Source: a virus (taxonomy: Duplodnaviria > Caudoviricetes). Taken from it: a stretch of 38,184 nt of DNA. How positions within the stretch are numbered: the stretch's first letter is position 1; each line of letters opens with the position of its first letter. Location: IMG/VR virus record IMGVR_UViG_3300009111_000010, positions 1-38,184 of that record; one strand, written 5' to 3'. The position numbers and the translations under genes are program-made. Shown here piece by piece: positions 23,332 to 32,259 of this stretch. The notes under the pieces were generated by a model. It was not told where the DNA came from and did no database searches. It worked only from the letters and a program-made list of their open reading frames with translations.

Positions 23332-24033
23332 ATGAGCTACCACATTTACATCCTAGGCTACAAGCAGCCGGGTGCCTTGCAGGCGTGCGAGTCGGCGGTA
23401 CGGGCTAGCTTGGTGCCGGGGACATTCTGTGTAGAAGTCGTGGACAACACCGCCGAGAACGTGAACATCCACAAGCGGTGGAATGACTCTTGGAAAGTGT
23501 CCGGGGCAGAGTGGATGGTGTATCTGACTGCGGATACATTACCCCAGGGAGGATGGTTGCATGAGATCCACGCCGCGCGGGAAGTCTGCGGCCCACAGTA
23601 CGCGGCGTTCGGTCCTTCTACTAATTCCTGCTATAATGAACAGGCAGGACGGGAGCCCGCTATCGTGGCCCAAGCCCCCGCTGGGTCCGTTGTCCCAGGT
23701 ATATTACTCCCAGGGTTTTGTATGGCAGTACGACGGGACGCACTGGTGGCGCTCGGAGGATTCCGTGAAGACTTTACCTTCTACGGCGGGGACGTGGACT
23801 TCATGTACCGTCTCCGCATGGCAGGATACGAAACAGGGTGGGTGGTGCGCTCCTTCGTATACCACGAATGGGGTGGATCAGCCAAGAAGCAGGGGAAAGA
23901 GTGGTATGAAAAAGCCCGTGAAGAAGGCAACTCCCGTCTCCAAGCCGCCGTCCAAGCGTACGAAGCCGATCCCGGCCTCTGGTATTGGACTGGTACGGGA
24001 TGTGTACGCAAAGCTGATGGTGGTCAGGGCTGA
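23332..24033 (+). CDS. Glycosyltransferase family 2
   Basis: VEVVDN, N...WN, YLTADT (DxD-like), GFCMAVRRDALVALGGFREDF.FYGGDVDF.YRLRMAGY, VYHEWGGS. Confidence 0.85.
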   Translation: MSYHIYILGYKQPGALQACESAVRASLVPGTFCVEVVDNTAENVNIHKRWNDSWKVSGAEWMVYLTADTLPQGGWLHEIHAAREVCGPQYAAFGPSTNSCYNEQAGREPAIVAQAPAGSVVPGILLPGFCMAVRRDALVALGGFREDFTFYGGDVDFMYRLRMAGYETGWVVRSFVYHEWGGSAKKQGKEWYEKAREEGNSRLQAAVQAYEADPGLWYWTGTGCVRKADGGQG

Positions 24034-24069
24034 GCTTGACGAAGCCTTGGACATGATGGAGGATCTGCA

Positions 24070-24849
24070 ATGATTCATCGTCCGTTGCATGGTGATGACA
24101 TCACCCGGTTGCCTCAGTATCTGGGGTGTGACGCCTACGGGGTTACGAGGTCGTCTATTACGGAGGCGCAGCTCCAGGCCGTGCAGGATACCGGGGCTGA
24201 GGTCTGGTTCTACATGAACGTGCTCAACCACCCCTGCCCGGAGTGGCGGGGGGCTTTCATGGACTGGGTGCGGGGGAACATGCCCATCCTCAAGGCGGGA
24301 GACGAATATGCCTTCTTCCCGTGGTTTGGGTGCAATGATGCCCGGCGTACCCTCATTGACTGGAGGTACGTGCCGACCGAACGCCTCGTCCAGTTCGCGG
24401 GCGTGGTGAAGGCGGAAGCCGCAGGCGGCGTGCCCATGTTCGATCAGTACTGGCTGGTGGCGCATGAGTGGATGTTCTCTACGGAGGTTGGGGCACAGTA
24501 CACCGACTTCCCGGTGGAGAAGTGGCGCTACTGGTACAAGCGGATTCGGCGCATGGTGGAGTTGGTCCAGCAGCGTACCGGGGTGCGGCCCATCCTGAAC
24601 GGGGACTGGGGCTCTAGTGCCTTGGGCGGGCGGCTGTACCTGGAGCATGCCGAACGCAACTGGATGTATGCCCTGTCCTTGTGGTACAACGACAATATCC
24701 TGTCCGTCAATCCCAGTGACCCTACCGCCGTGTCGGAACTCATCGACGCGGCTATGGACCACCCCGAGAAGTGGGTGTCCTTTGCCGGTGGGACGCAGGC
24801 GGATACGGACGCGGCGTACGTGAAGCTGCTGGATGCGATGGGGAGGTAG
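24070..24849 (+). CDS. Hypothetical protein, possibly a glycoside-hydrolase-like TIM barrel
   Basis: 259 aa; AEVWFYMN, LIDW, PMFDQYW, PILNG and LYLEH loosely resemble GH-like barrels. Function is speculative. Confidence 0.5.
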   Translation: MIHRPLHGDDITRLPQYLGCDAYGVTRSSITEAQLQAVQDTGAEVWFYMNVLNHPCPEWRGAFMDWVRGNMPILKAGDEYAFFPWFGCNDARRTLIDWRYVPTERLVQFAGVVKAEAAGGVPMFDQYWLVAHEWMFSTEVGAQYTDFPVEKWRYWYKRIRRMVELVQQRTGVRPILNGDWGSSALGGRLYLEHAERNWMYALSLWYNDNILSVNPSDPTAVSELIDAAMDHPEKWVSFAGGTQADTDAAYVKLLDAMGR

Positions 24850-24851
24850 CG

Positions 24852-25091
24852 GTGGGGAAGATCCTGACGCCTCGGGACGGCTTTAAAAAGCCGCCTCTAG
24901 AAGTCCGTGTAGAACGGCTGGAGACGGTGATCTCTATGCTGCTGGGGGTGCAGGCGGTGGGGTATCGCGCCTTCGCGCAGGCGTTTGGGGGATCGCAGCC
25001 CAATGAAAAGCCCGCCGCGCCTGGGGCAGAGGCCGCTGACGAGCAGCGGGGGGAGGACCAGACGGGCGGGCTTGTAGAGGAGACTACTTAG
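24852..25091 (+). CDS. Hypothetical protein, last plus-strand gene
   Basis: GTG start after SD GGAGGT (VGKILTPRDG...); converges on the lysis cassette. Confidence 0.5.
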   Translation: MGKILTPRDGFKKPPLEVRVERLETVISMLLGVQAVGYRAFAQAFGGSQPNEKPAAPGAEAADEQRGEDQTGGLVEETT

Positions 25092-25398
25092 ACTGCTGGG
25101 ATAGCTTTACCGCCGCGGGGAGCTTAGCCGTGGCCAAAGCCGCCGTAGCGACACGATTCACTACCTTGGAGGGCAGCGACGGGAACTGGGCGGCCAGCTG
25201 TTCGATGATCTGCTGGATCAGCTTGGCCTCGTCCCACGTGGGGTACATGGCGTAGACGCTGCCAGCGATGTCTGACGCGATGAGGGCGATTCTCCTGGCG
25301 AGGTCGCCCTTCTTGCGTTCTATCAGCCACCTGACAAGGAAGGGAAAGACAAGCACGGTCAGCACCGTACGGATCAGCTCTTGGATATCTAAAGTCAT
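25084..25398 (-). CDS. Holin-like membrane protein
   Basis: One N-terminal TM helix, coupled to the endolysin. Confidence 0.55.
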   Translation of the reverse strand: MTLDIQELIRTVLTVLVFPFLVRWLIERKKGDLARRIALIASDIAGSVYAMYPTWDEAKLIQQIIEQLAAQFPSLPSKVVNRVATAALATAKLPAAVKLSQQSK

Positions 25399-25838
25399 CA
25401 GAACTCCTTGGCCATCTCGGCCTGTACTATACTTCTGAGTAGGGTCACGTCCAGCACACCCGGACAGTCCGTGGGTCGGACCTGCTTATGCGGAATGATA
25501 CGCTCGACAGGTAGGTTGTAGGTCTTACACCACGGGGCTAAGACCCTGTGCGCTGCTTCTACCAGCATCTTGTCGTCAGGCGGGGTGTCTGTGTAGTCCC
25601 CTACAAAACAAAACCCCAGCGACTTCTGGTTCATGGTAGGGCAGTGCGCTCCTTGGTACGTGGCGGGGCGGCCGTACCAACATACATAGGCATCCCCAAC
25701 TTTCTCCACTCCTGCATGGTAGCCAATGTCCACCCACGCCCGATCTTCTATGTGAAAGCGGCGTATGGCGGTGTACTGCAGCGTGGTGGTATCCGGCGCT
25801 GCTGCGTGGTGGATTACTATGTAGCGTGGCTTGTTCAT
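25398..25838 (-). CDS. Endolysin, N-acetylmuramoyl-L-alanine amidase (Amidase_2)
   Basis: YIVIHHAA, WVDIGYH, GAHC, SLGFCFVGDY, PHKQVRPTDCPG; start re-called at ATG 25838. Confidence 0.92.
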   Translation of the reverse strand: MNKPRYIVIHHAAAPDTTTLQYTAIRRFHIEDRAWVDIGYHAGVEKVGDAYVCWYGRPATYQGAHCPTMNQKSLGFCFVGDYTDTPPDDKMLVEAAHRVLAPWCKTYNLPVERIIPHKQVRPTDCPGVLDVTLLRSIVQAEMAKEF

Positions 25839-26134
25839 TTGACTAAGAAGTGCATGCCAAGGGGTAGAGCGAAGGAGAGAAACGCCACGATGGCCGCCAG
25901 CCCCCACATGATCTTTTCCATGACGACAATCCGGCCCGTGAGTTCCCGATGCCCGAACTCATAACCCGTCTTGTCGATGTACTTGGTCTGCATCTCCAGG
26001 AGCTGCGCGTGGGAGTGGTTGAGATCATCCAGCCTGCGGGATAACTCCTTGGCGGCTAGTTCCAGCGCTCGGTTCTGTTCTGCTAGCCGCATGTCTACGT
26101 AGTCTCGCATGCGGATAACATCATGGTTGTTCAT
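25835..26134 (-). CDS. Coiled-coil plus C-terminal TM protein (holin/XhlA-like)
   Basis: MNNHDVIRM...; C-terminal IMWGLAAIVAFLSFAL; directly upstream of the endolysin. Confidence 0.6.
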   Translation of the reverse strand: MNNHDVIRMRDYVDMRLAEQNRALELAAKELSRRLDDLNHSHAQLLEMQTKYIDKTGYEFGHRELTGRIVVMEKIMWGLAAIVAFLSFALPLGMHFLVK

Positions 26135-26138
26135 GCCA

Positions 26139-26425
26139 TTACTTGGTTGGGGGCACGTTGAGTTTGGCAACTACATCCTCAGTTGTAGGTAGATGTCGGT
26201 CGCGCTTACTCCACTTGAGTGCTTTAACTTCTTTTGCTATCTGTATACGACGTTCCTTGTACTTTCTAACTTTACCGCCAAATAGTTCCGCAAACTTTAA
26301 GCACATTCGTGGGTCGGTATTAGTTACAGACATCTTACAACCAGAACTACAGTCTGGGTTGACATACACACCAATGCTGCCTTCTCCATCAAGTGCTCCT
26401 GCAGCCCATGCGTAGCTAGCTAGAC
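26139..26425 (-). pseudogene. Truncated LAGLIDADG homing endonuclease remnant
   Basis: YAWAAGALDGEGSIGV...SVTNTD...FAELFGGKV; the central part is missing and there is no clear start codon. Confidence 0.75.
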
Positions 26426-26772
26426 GGTGGGACGATAAGTTTCGCAAAAGCGTCCTCCTCAGTAATTAGAAAGTAAAGTTCGTATGCGCTCTCATCGTCA
26501 GGCGCGTCAGGACGCTCAAGTAGTCGCATGGAGACGGAGTTCCACCGGCCCAAGATAATCCAATCTCCCGGCTTGTAATGCTCTACTGCAGGACCAACTG
26601 CTCCAACGTATGCTACATAGTCTAATCCCTGCGCGACATCAGGAATAATAATTCCGCCTTTAGTACGGTCTTTTGGCTTCCGTCTGCGCACTAGCATTCT
26701 ATTGCCATGCGGAATGATATTTGATAACGATACCGGAATGTCTACACTGTCCCAGCCTTCTTGAAGTGCCAT
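26416..26772 (-). CDS. groES: Co-chaperonin GroES-like protein
   Basis: IIPHGNRMLVRR...RTKGGIIIPD mobile loop, VGAVGPAV...KPGDWII, LITEEDAFAKL. Confidence 0.85.
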   Translation of the reverse strand: MALQEGWDSVDIPVSLSNIIPHGNRMLVRRRKPKDRTKGGIIIPDVAQGLDYVAYVGAVGPAVEHYKPGDWIILGRWNSVSMRLLERPDAPDDESAYELYFLITEEDAFAKLIVPPSS

Positions 26773-29700
26773 TATTCCTCCCCGAAATCTTCTGCGAAGT
26801 AGACACGTGGTTTCCAGAGGTCCGGGTTCTGCGCCAGACGTGCCCCTAGCGCACCAGACCGTGCCAGTGACTGCTTATTCCGCTTAAACATACGGGCGAT
26901 AGGCTCGTACATCTCTGCAAACATCAGGGTTTTGATGCTGTCGTTGATGTTATCGGGGCCAAAGCCGGTTGTCGCAAATGCCTCGCCGTACTTGCGCACG
27001 GTAGCCGCGTCCCCCGCCTCCAGGGCCTTGAGCATTCTGGGTAGGAGTTCTTCGCGGGTGGCGGCTTCGCGCTGCTGCTGCACACGGGCCATGCGCTCGG
27101 CGTACCGGCGCTGGGTAGCGGAGTATAGCGGCAGCCCCAGCACTAGGCCGGGGTAGTCTTTCTCGTCTACCTGCTGGATCAACTGTCCGGTGCCACTGAC
27201 TTCCAGGCCCTGCTTCTGCAAAGCGTTGACGGCCTTCCACGTCTTCTGCCCCTGGAGGTAGAAGGGGATGATGGCCGACCCTAGGAGTTGGGAGAAGTTG
27301 TCCACGTGGGTCTTGACTTCGTTGGGGTTGCGGTTGCCCAGCATGCCGTAGGCCGCAAGCAGGAAGGAGATCGGCGGAGACGCCAAGGGCGGCTGCCCCC
27401 ACCTAATGGAAGGGTATGTAGACCCAACACCAGCAAAGGACGTAGCGTCAATCCCCATCTCTGACGCTGCCAGCCTTTGCGCCATCCCCGTGTACAGCAA
27501 CCAGTCCAGTGCGAAGCCGAAGTCCTTGGTCGAGTGCTTCAGGACGAAGGACGCCTGCTTCATGTAGTAGGACTGGAACATCGTCGCTATGCGCGACATC
27601 TCCCCGCCGAAGAAGGCCGGTAGCACCGGATTGCGCCCCGTTACTCCATACACAAACTGGGTGGCTTCCGATACGCGCAGGCCGTGCTCTAGCGCCTTCG
27701 TCGCCTGGATCGGGTCCCGCATGATGGCTTCGATGGGGAGCTTGACCTTGGCGGCATAATCGGACACACCCGTAGCAAGGGAGAGGGAACGTGCAATAGT
27801 GTCACCAAAGCCAGCGACGTTTGAGAGGAGATCCCCCACACGGTAGAACGATCCGTCCTCGCGCTTGCGGAGGGCGATGCGGTAGGGCTTGGGGAGATTG
27901 TCGAGGACATCCACACCGATCTGGGCTTCGCGGAGTCTGGCAAACTCTTCTCCTAGGTTCAGAGTCTTAGCCCAAGCCCGTCCTTCCTTGGAAGTGGCGA
28001 GCCACCCTAACCCCTTGAGCACATGTAGGGGAGACGTAACGGCTGCGGCGTTGATGACCTGGAACATCTGCTTGGCCAAGAAGCCGACATTCCCCGCCAG
28101 CATGCCGAAGTTCATCATCGTGGTTAGAGCAACCGCCTGTTGTGCAGGACGGCGCGTCCACTTGAGCTGGGTCTGGAGCTGGTCCATTACGGGGTCGAGG
28201 GCCTTCTCCACCAATCCCGGCTTCCCCGCGACTTCGTTGATGAAGAGATCCCCGTAGCGCCCCTTGACGGACGGCATGCCGGCGTTGATCTCCTTCATCA
28301 CGTCCAAAGCAGGCTGGATCGTCAACTTCCGCGCGTAGCCGGTGAGGTAACTATCCAAGGCCATGTCTATAGACTCGATGTTCCCCTTGACTCCTAAGCG
28401 TTTGAGCAAGTGGGTGAACATCACATTGCCTGCTACCTGCAGGCCCATGAACTGCTGCGGGATGCTGCCAGCGAACAAGTCCTTAGGGAAGATGTGGGGG
28501 GCATACCCCTGGAGATACGCCTTGGTGTCTGCGATCCCTAGCTTATCCGCCGCGTCTTCGAAGAACTTGTCTACTGCGTCCGCAACGTCCTTCTCCTTCT
28601 GCGTAAGATTGGCGTAGAACTTCTTTCTTTCAGGACTGGGATTGTATTGCACAACACGCTTGCGGGTGTTGATGTCATACGAGACGATGCGTTCCCTTTT
28701 GGCGTCGAGGTAGCGGAATATCTTTTGGTCGGATTCAGACCCGCGCTCGATGCCGTTGGCGGTGAATAGTTTGTTCTTCCACGTTTTGAGTTCATGCAGC
28801 ATGGCATAGTTCATGTGCCGTGCTCTATCCCCGACATGGTAGAGTTCTGGTATCACGTCCTTTGGCTCGGCTATTGCAAACCACAGCCACGATATGTCCT
28901 TCTGCGCTCGGGAGTATACATCGGTGATCTCCCCTGCTGCAGTAGCGATCTTGGCCAGCTGCACCGCGTCCTTGCCATACACCTTCTTAATGTTCTGGAA
29001 GTCGCCCCGCATAGCGACCTCATGCACCAAGCCCTTACGCCGGGTCCGCTCAGTAGTCGAGAGCGACTTCCACCACGTATTGTAGACCTTCTTGAGTGCC
29101 GCCGTGCGCCCGCTAAAGTCCGTCAGCATCGTAGGGAGCAGCTTGTCGGGGTCAGTGTTAGCAATCCCCCTCAAGGCAGGGGCCAGCTGCGCAGACATGG
29201 CAATACGCGGATCGTGGCGGAGTTCAGCCGAGAAATTGCCCTGCTTGATAAGTCTACCGATGTTTCGCGCCGCCTGCATGTCAGGCGTGTCAAGTTCTTT
29301 GAGCATCACCAGGGACAGTTTGGAGATGTCCTCAGCTACTGCGCTACCCGATGCCACCCGCTTCTCTAGGGCTGTCAACTCTTCAGCCGCCTTGACGAGC
29401 TTCGCCGCCTTGCTTACCTTGGCTAGCTTAGACAACCCGCCGCCCACGATGACATCGGGCGACACGAACACCGACCCCAGTAACTCAACAGCCCCCTCCA
29501 TCACTCCCGTAGGGATAGCCCCCATGTTCTCCACCCGCTCCTTGTGCTGCTTGGCACGGATGGCGGCGCGCTTAACAGGGTCCTTCTCTCCTGTGAGGAG
29601 GTCTAGGAAGTCAATCGGCGGCTTCTCAGTAGGACGGAAGATAGACGGGATGGGAGACGACCACGCCTCCTTGCCTTGGAACTTCCACTGAATAGACTTG

Positions 29701-30080
29701 ATGGCTCTGGATAGACCGGATTCCCCCGAGAACTCATCCTTTTCCATCTCCGGCCAGACAAGGTACTTGGCCCAGTCCTCGTCCCCCAGCATGTAGGCCC
29801 ACATACCTTGTTGGGCACGATTCAGCCCTTCCACAATGGCTAGCGGAGTCTGCCCCACCACACCAAGGGCAGACTGTGCCGCTGTTAGCCCCGCCCGTAC
29901 TGTGTCGGACACCGCCCACTTGGCGTGGTCGGCGTACAACTTTCGTGTAGTGTCGCGCTGGATCTGTGCCGCAGGGGACTGGCGCTGGGCTAGGATGGTG
30001 GGTAGTTCTGGTACTTGGGGTAGAGGAGGCAGTTTACCCGACCGCACGAACTCCCGTGCTATGGTGTAGTTGTCAGGCAT
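26772..30080 (-). CDS. Large internal virion/DNA ejection protein
   Basis: 1102 aa, predicted helical; TQFVYG...P...MFQSY segment like large podoviral ejection proteins; last gene of the ejection cluster. Confidence 0.65.
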   Translation of the reverse strand: MPDNYTIAREFVRSGKLPPLPQVPELPTILAQRQSPAAQIQRDTTRKLYADHAKWAVSDTVRAGLTAAQSALGVVGQTPLAIVEGLNRAQQGMWAYMLGDEDWAKYLVWPEMEKDEFSGESGLSRAIKSIQWKFQGKEAWSSPIPSIFRPTEKPPIDFLDLLTGEKDPVKRAAIRAKQHKERVENMGAIPTGVMEGAVELLGSVFVSPDVIVGGGLSKLAKVSKAAKLVKAAEELTALEKRVASGSAVAEDISKLSLVMLKELDTPDMQAARNIGRLIKQGNFSAELRHDPRIAMSAQLAPALRGIANTDPDKLLPTMLTDFSGRTAALKKVYNTWWKSLSTTERTRRKGLVHEVAMRGDFQNIKKVYGKDAVQLAKIATAAGEITDVYSRAQKDISWLWFAIAEPKDVIPELYHVGDRARHMNYAMLHELKTWKNKLFTANGIERGSESDQKIFRYLDAKRERIVSYDINTRKRVVQYNPSPERKKFYANLTQKEKDVADAVDKFFEDAADKLGIADTKAYLQGYAPHIFPKDLFAGSIPQQFMGLQVAGNVMFTHLLKRLGVKGNIESIDMALDSYLTGYARKLTIQPALDVMKEINAGMPSVKGRYGDLFINEVAGKPGLVEKALDPVMDQLQTQLKWTRRPAQQAVALTTMMNFGMLAGNVGFLAKQMFQVINAAAVTSPLHVLKGLGWLATSKEGRAWAKTLNLGEEFARLREAQIGVDVLDNLPKPYRIALRKREDGSFYRVGDLLSNVAGFGDTIARSLSLATGVSDYAAKVKLPIEAIMRDPIQATKALEHGLRVSEATQFVYGVTGRNPVLPAFFGGEMSRIATMFQSYYMKQASFVLKHSTKDFGFALDWLLYTGMAQRLAASEMGIDATSFAGVGSTYPSIRWGQPPLASPPISFLLAAYGMLGNRNPNEVKTHVDNFSQLLGSAIIPFYLQGQKTWKAVNALQKQGLEVSGTGQLIQQVDEKDYPGLVLGLPLYSATQRRYAERMARVQQQREAATREELLPRMLKALEAGDAATVRKYGEAFATTGFGPDNINDSIKTLMFAEMYEPIARMFKRNKQSLARSGALGARLAQNPDLWKPRVYFAEDFGEE

Positions 30081-31774
30081 TACCGCTTCTTCTTCTTCTT
30101 CTTCTGGGCTTCGATGTAGTCAGGGGTCCACTCGCCAGGAGTCGGTGCCTTGACGGGGATGGTATCCATCACCAAACCCTTCTCCTGCTTCTTCTGCTTG
30201 GCGTGTGCAGCCGCGCGCCCGAGAAGAGTGTTGGGCTTAGGATTGGCAAGATCGTTGGCCGCGCCAAGCATCTCTGTCACAGGCGCAGCCACCGTGCCCA
30301 GCGTGCGCCCAAGCTGTGCGCGGTTAGCCTCGGTTTCCTTCTTCTTGGTATCCAGGTACTCTTTGTACGTGGTGGGCTGCGGTGCGGTGTCCTTGGGTAC
30401 AAGGCTGTCCGCTGCCGGGGCCGATGGATAGAGCGCCTGGTACGTGGGGTTCGTGGCCTTCAACTTCTCAAACGCGGCCTCTGGCGTCATACCAGGATTG
30501 GCGTTCAGCACCCCTTCGAGGTCTTTGGCCAGCTGCTCGTCAAACTGCGCCTTCGCCCGCGCCTCGTCGGCTAGCATCTCGTTTATCGAGTACACCGGCA
30601 GTAGCTCGCGGATACCTAGTATGATCTCCCGTTGTGCGGCTTCTTTCTCCTCTGGCGTCTTAGCCTGTGCCAGTTTCTGTGTAAGCATGAAGCCTTCAGT
30701 GGAGTTCATGAAGAAGTCCGTGGCCTTTTCCACAGCCCGTCCACCCCGGTCGCTGTTGCCGTTAGTGAACATCCCCGCGTACTTCTGGTACGTTACGTCG
30801 AATACGGGAGATTCCTTCCTAGCCCTCTCGATGATCTGCGCGGTGGGCACACCAGGATACTTACGCATGTATTCTATGATAGTGGATGTGACGATGTTCT
30901 CGTCATCGAGCATTGGCCCGGTCATATTGCGATCTTCGCGCAGCATCTGCCGCCACTGGAGATTCAGCGGTGTAGCGTCGGCAACGTACTTGGCGGTGGC
31001 TAGTAACGGCTCCAGCACTTCAGGCGGCAGGTCGGGGTAGGCTTCCATCACGCCTGCCTGTAGGCCCTCGAAGATCCGTTTGCGCTCGGCTGCTGATCCT
31101 CCCGATAGGGATATACTCTCTGCCATGACTGGGATGAAGACCCCCTTGATCTCACCCTCAGCCTTGGAGAAATCCTGCTTGAAGACATCGCCTTCGGGGG
31201 CTTGGCCAGTCAAACCTCCAATACTCTGGCCTAGCAGACGGTTGACTGTCTTATTGTCTGCCCCTTCCTTCCGCAAGTCTAGGGCAAACTCGCCTAGTTG
31301 CCGATCCGCTACCTGCTTGTCGTGCTGCTTGTTGTAGTCAAGCTGGCGGCGGTTCTGCTCCAGGTTGCCCAGATTGACGTTGGCGTTGAGCAGTGTCGAG
31401 ATTTGGTCCTGCTTCTGGGCGGCTTGCTGCTCGCGCGTAGCCATCGTCCCGGCGAGCGACCCGATACCTTCCCCTATTTGACCAATGCCCGCAATGGTGT
31501 ACGCCGGGCCGCGCTGCTTACCTGCTGACAGCGAAGCAATCCCCGCCCCCATCTGCACCAGGCCGCTGATACTCTGGAAGACAGAGGGCCACGGGTTGAC
31601 GCCCGACGCCTGCGCTTCCGCCAGCATCTGTTGGATCTGCGCCCTCTGGGCCTCGATGTCAGAGTACGGTTGGGGCTGGAAGGTCTGCAGCTGTCCCCCC
31701 GGCGTCGGCATCAACCCACCCGGTACGTTGGTGGTGTTGTTCCTTGGTAGAAGGCCCATGAGTCCAGGGAACAT
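30080..31774 (-). CDS. Internal virion/ejection protein
   Basis: 564 aa; Gly/Ala/Gln-rich N-terminus, coiled-coil; TAATG coupling. Confidence 0.6.
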   Translation of the reverse strand: MFPGLMGLLPRNNTTNVPGGLMPTPGGQLQTFQPQPYSDIEAQRAQIQQMLAEAQASGVNPWPSVFQSISGLVQMGAGIASLSAGKQRGPAYTIAGIGQIGEGIGSLAGTMATREQQAAQKQDQISTLLNANVNLGNLEQNRRQLDYNKQHDKQVADRQLGEFALDLRKEGADNKTVNRLLGQSIGGLTGQAPEGDVFKQDFSKAEGEIKGVFIPVMAESISLSGGSAAERKRIFEGLQAGVMEAYPDLPPEVLEPLLATAKYVADATPLNLQWRQMLREDRNMTGPMLDDENIVTSTIIEYMRKYPGVPTAQIIERARKESPVFDVTYQKYAGMFTNGNSDRGGRAVEKATDFFMNSTEGFMLTQKLAQAKTPEEKEAAQREIILGIRELLPVYSINEMLADEARAKAQFDEQLAKDLEGVLNANPGMTPEAAFEKLKATNPTYQALYPSAPAADSLVPKDTAPQPTTYKEYLDTKKKETEANRAQLGRTLGTVAAPVTEMLGAANDLANPKPNTLLGRAAAHAKQKKQEKGLVMDTIPVKAPTPGEWTPDYIEAQKKKKKKR

Positions 31775-32256
31775 CAGAACATCCTTCCTTGGCTACGCTG
31801 ACGGAGTTGCTGTAGCATTCTAAGCGCCGCCATGGGGTCTTGGGCTGGGGCCGTGATGTTCGGGCGGGGGAGTGATGCCTGTGGGATTTCAGCCTGTATC
31901 ATAGGCTGCTGTGGGCGTCCCTCCAATGCTTGCTGCGCCATCCCCAACCCTTGCTTTGCGTACTGGGCACCTTGCTGGATACCAGCAGCTAGTGTAGTGC
32001 CTTGGCCAGAGTTCCACAGCGCCCCCGGCAGGAAAGCATCGCCAGCTTGCGCCGCCGCGCTATTGGCGGCTGCTGCGCCTGTGGACGCCCCTGCGCCTGC
32101 GTTGATGCCCATGGTGCCTAGCAACGCCGGGGCACCTGCCGATAACCCACCACCTGCCGCCCCTATGAGAGCCCCCTTCCACCCGCCCTTGATGCCCCCG
32201 AGCGCAGCCCCGATGCCTGCCATGATGAGAGGCAGAAAGAAGAATTGAACTTCCAT
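31774..32256 (-). CDS. Small ejection protein (P22 gp7-like composition)
   Basis: FFLPLIMAGIGAALGG...GALIGAAGGG Gly/Ala-rich hydrophobic N-terminus; SD AAGGA. Confidence 0.6.
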   Translation of the reverse strand: MEVQFFFLPLIMAGIGAALGGIKGGWKGALIGAAGGGLSAGAPALLGTMGINAGAGASTGAAAANSAAAQAGDAFLPGALWNSGQGTTLAAGIQQGAQYAKQGLGMAQQALEGRPQQPMIQAEIPQASLPRPNITAPAQDPMAALRMLQQLRQRSQGRMF

Positions 32257-32259
32257 GGC

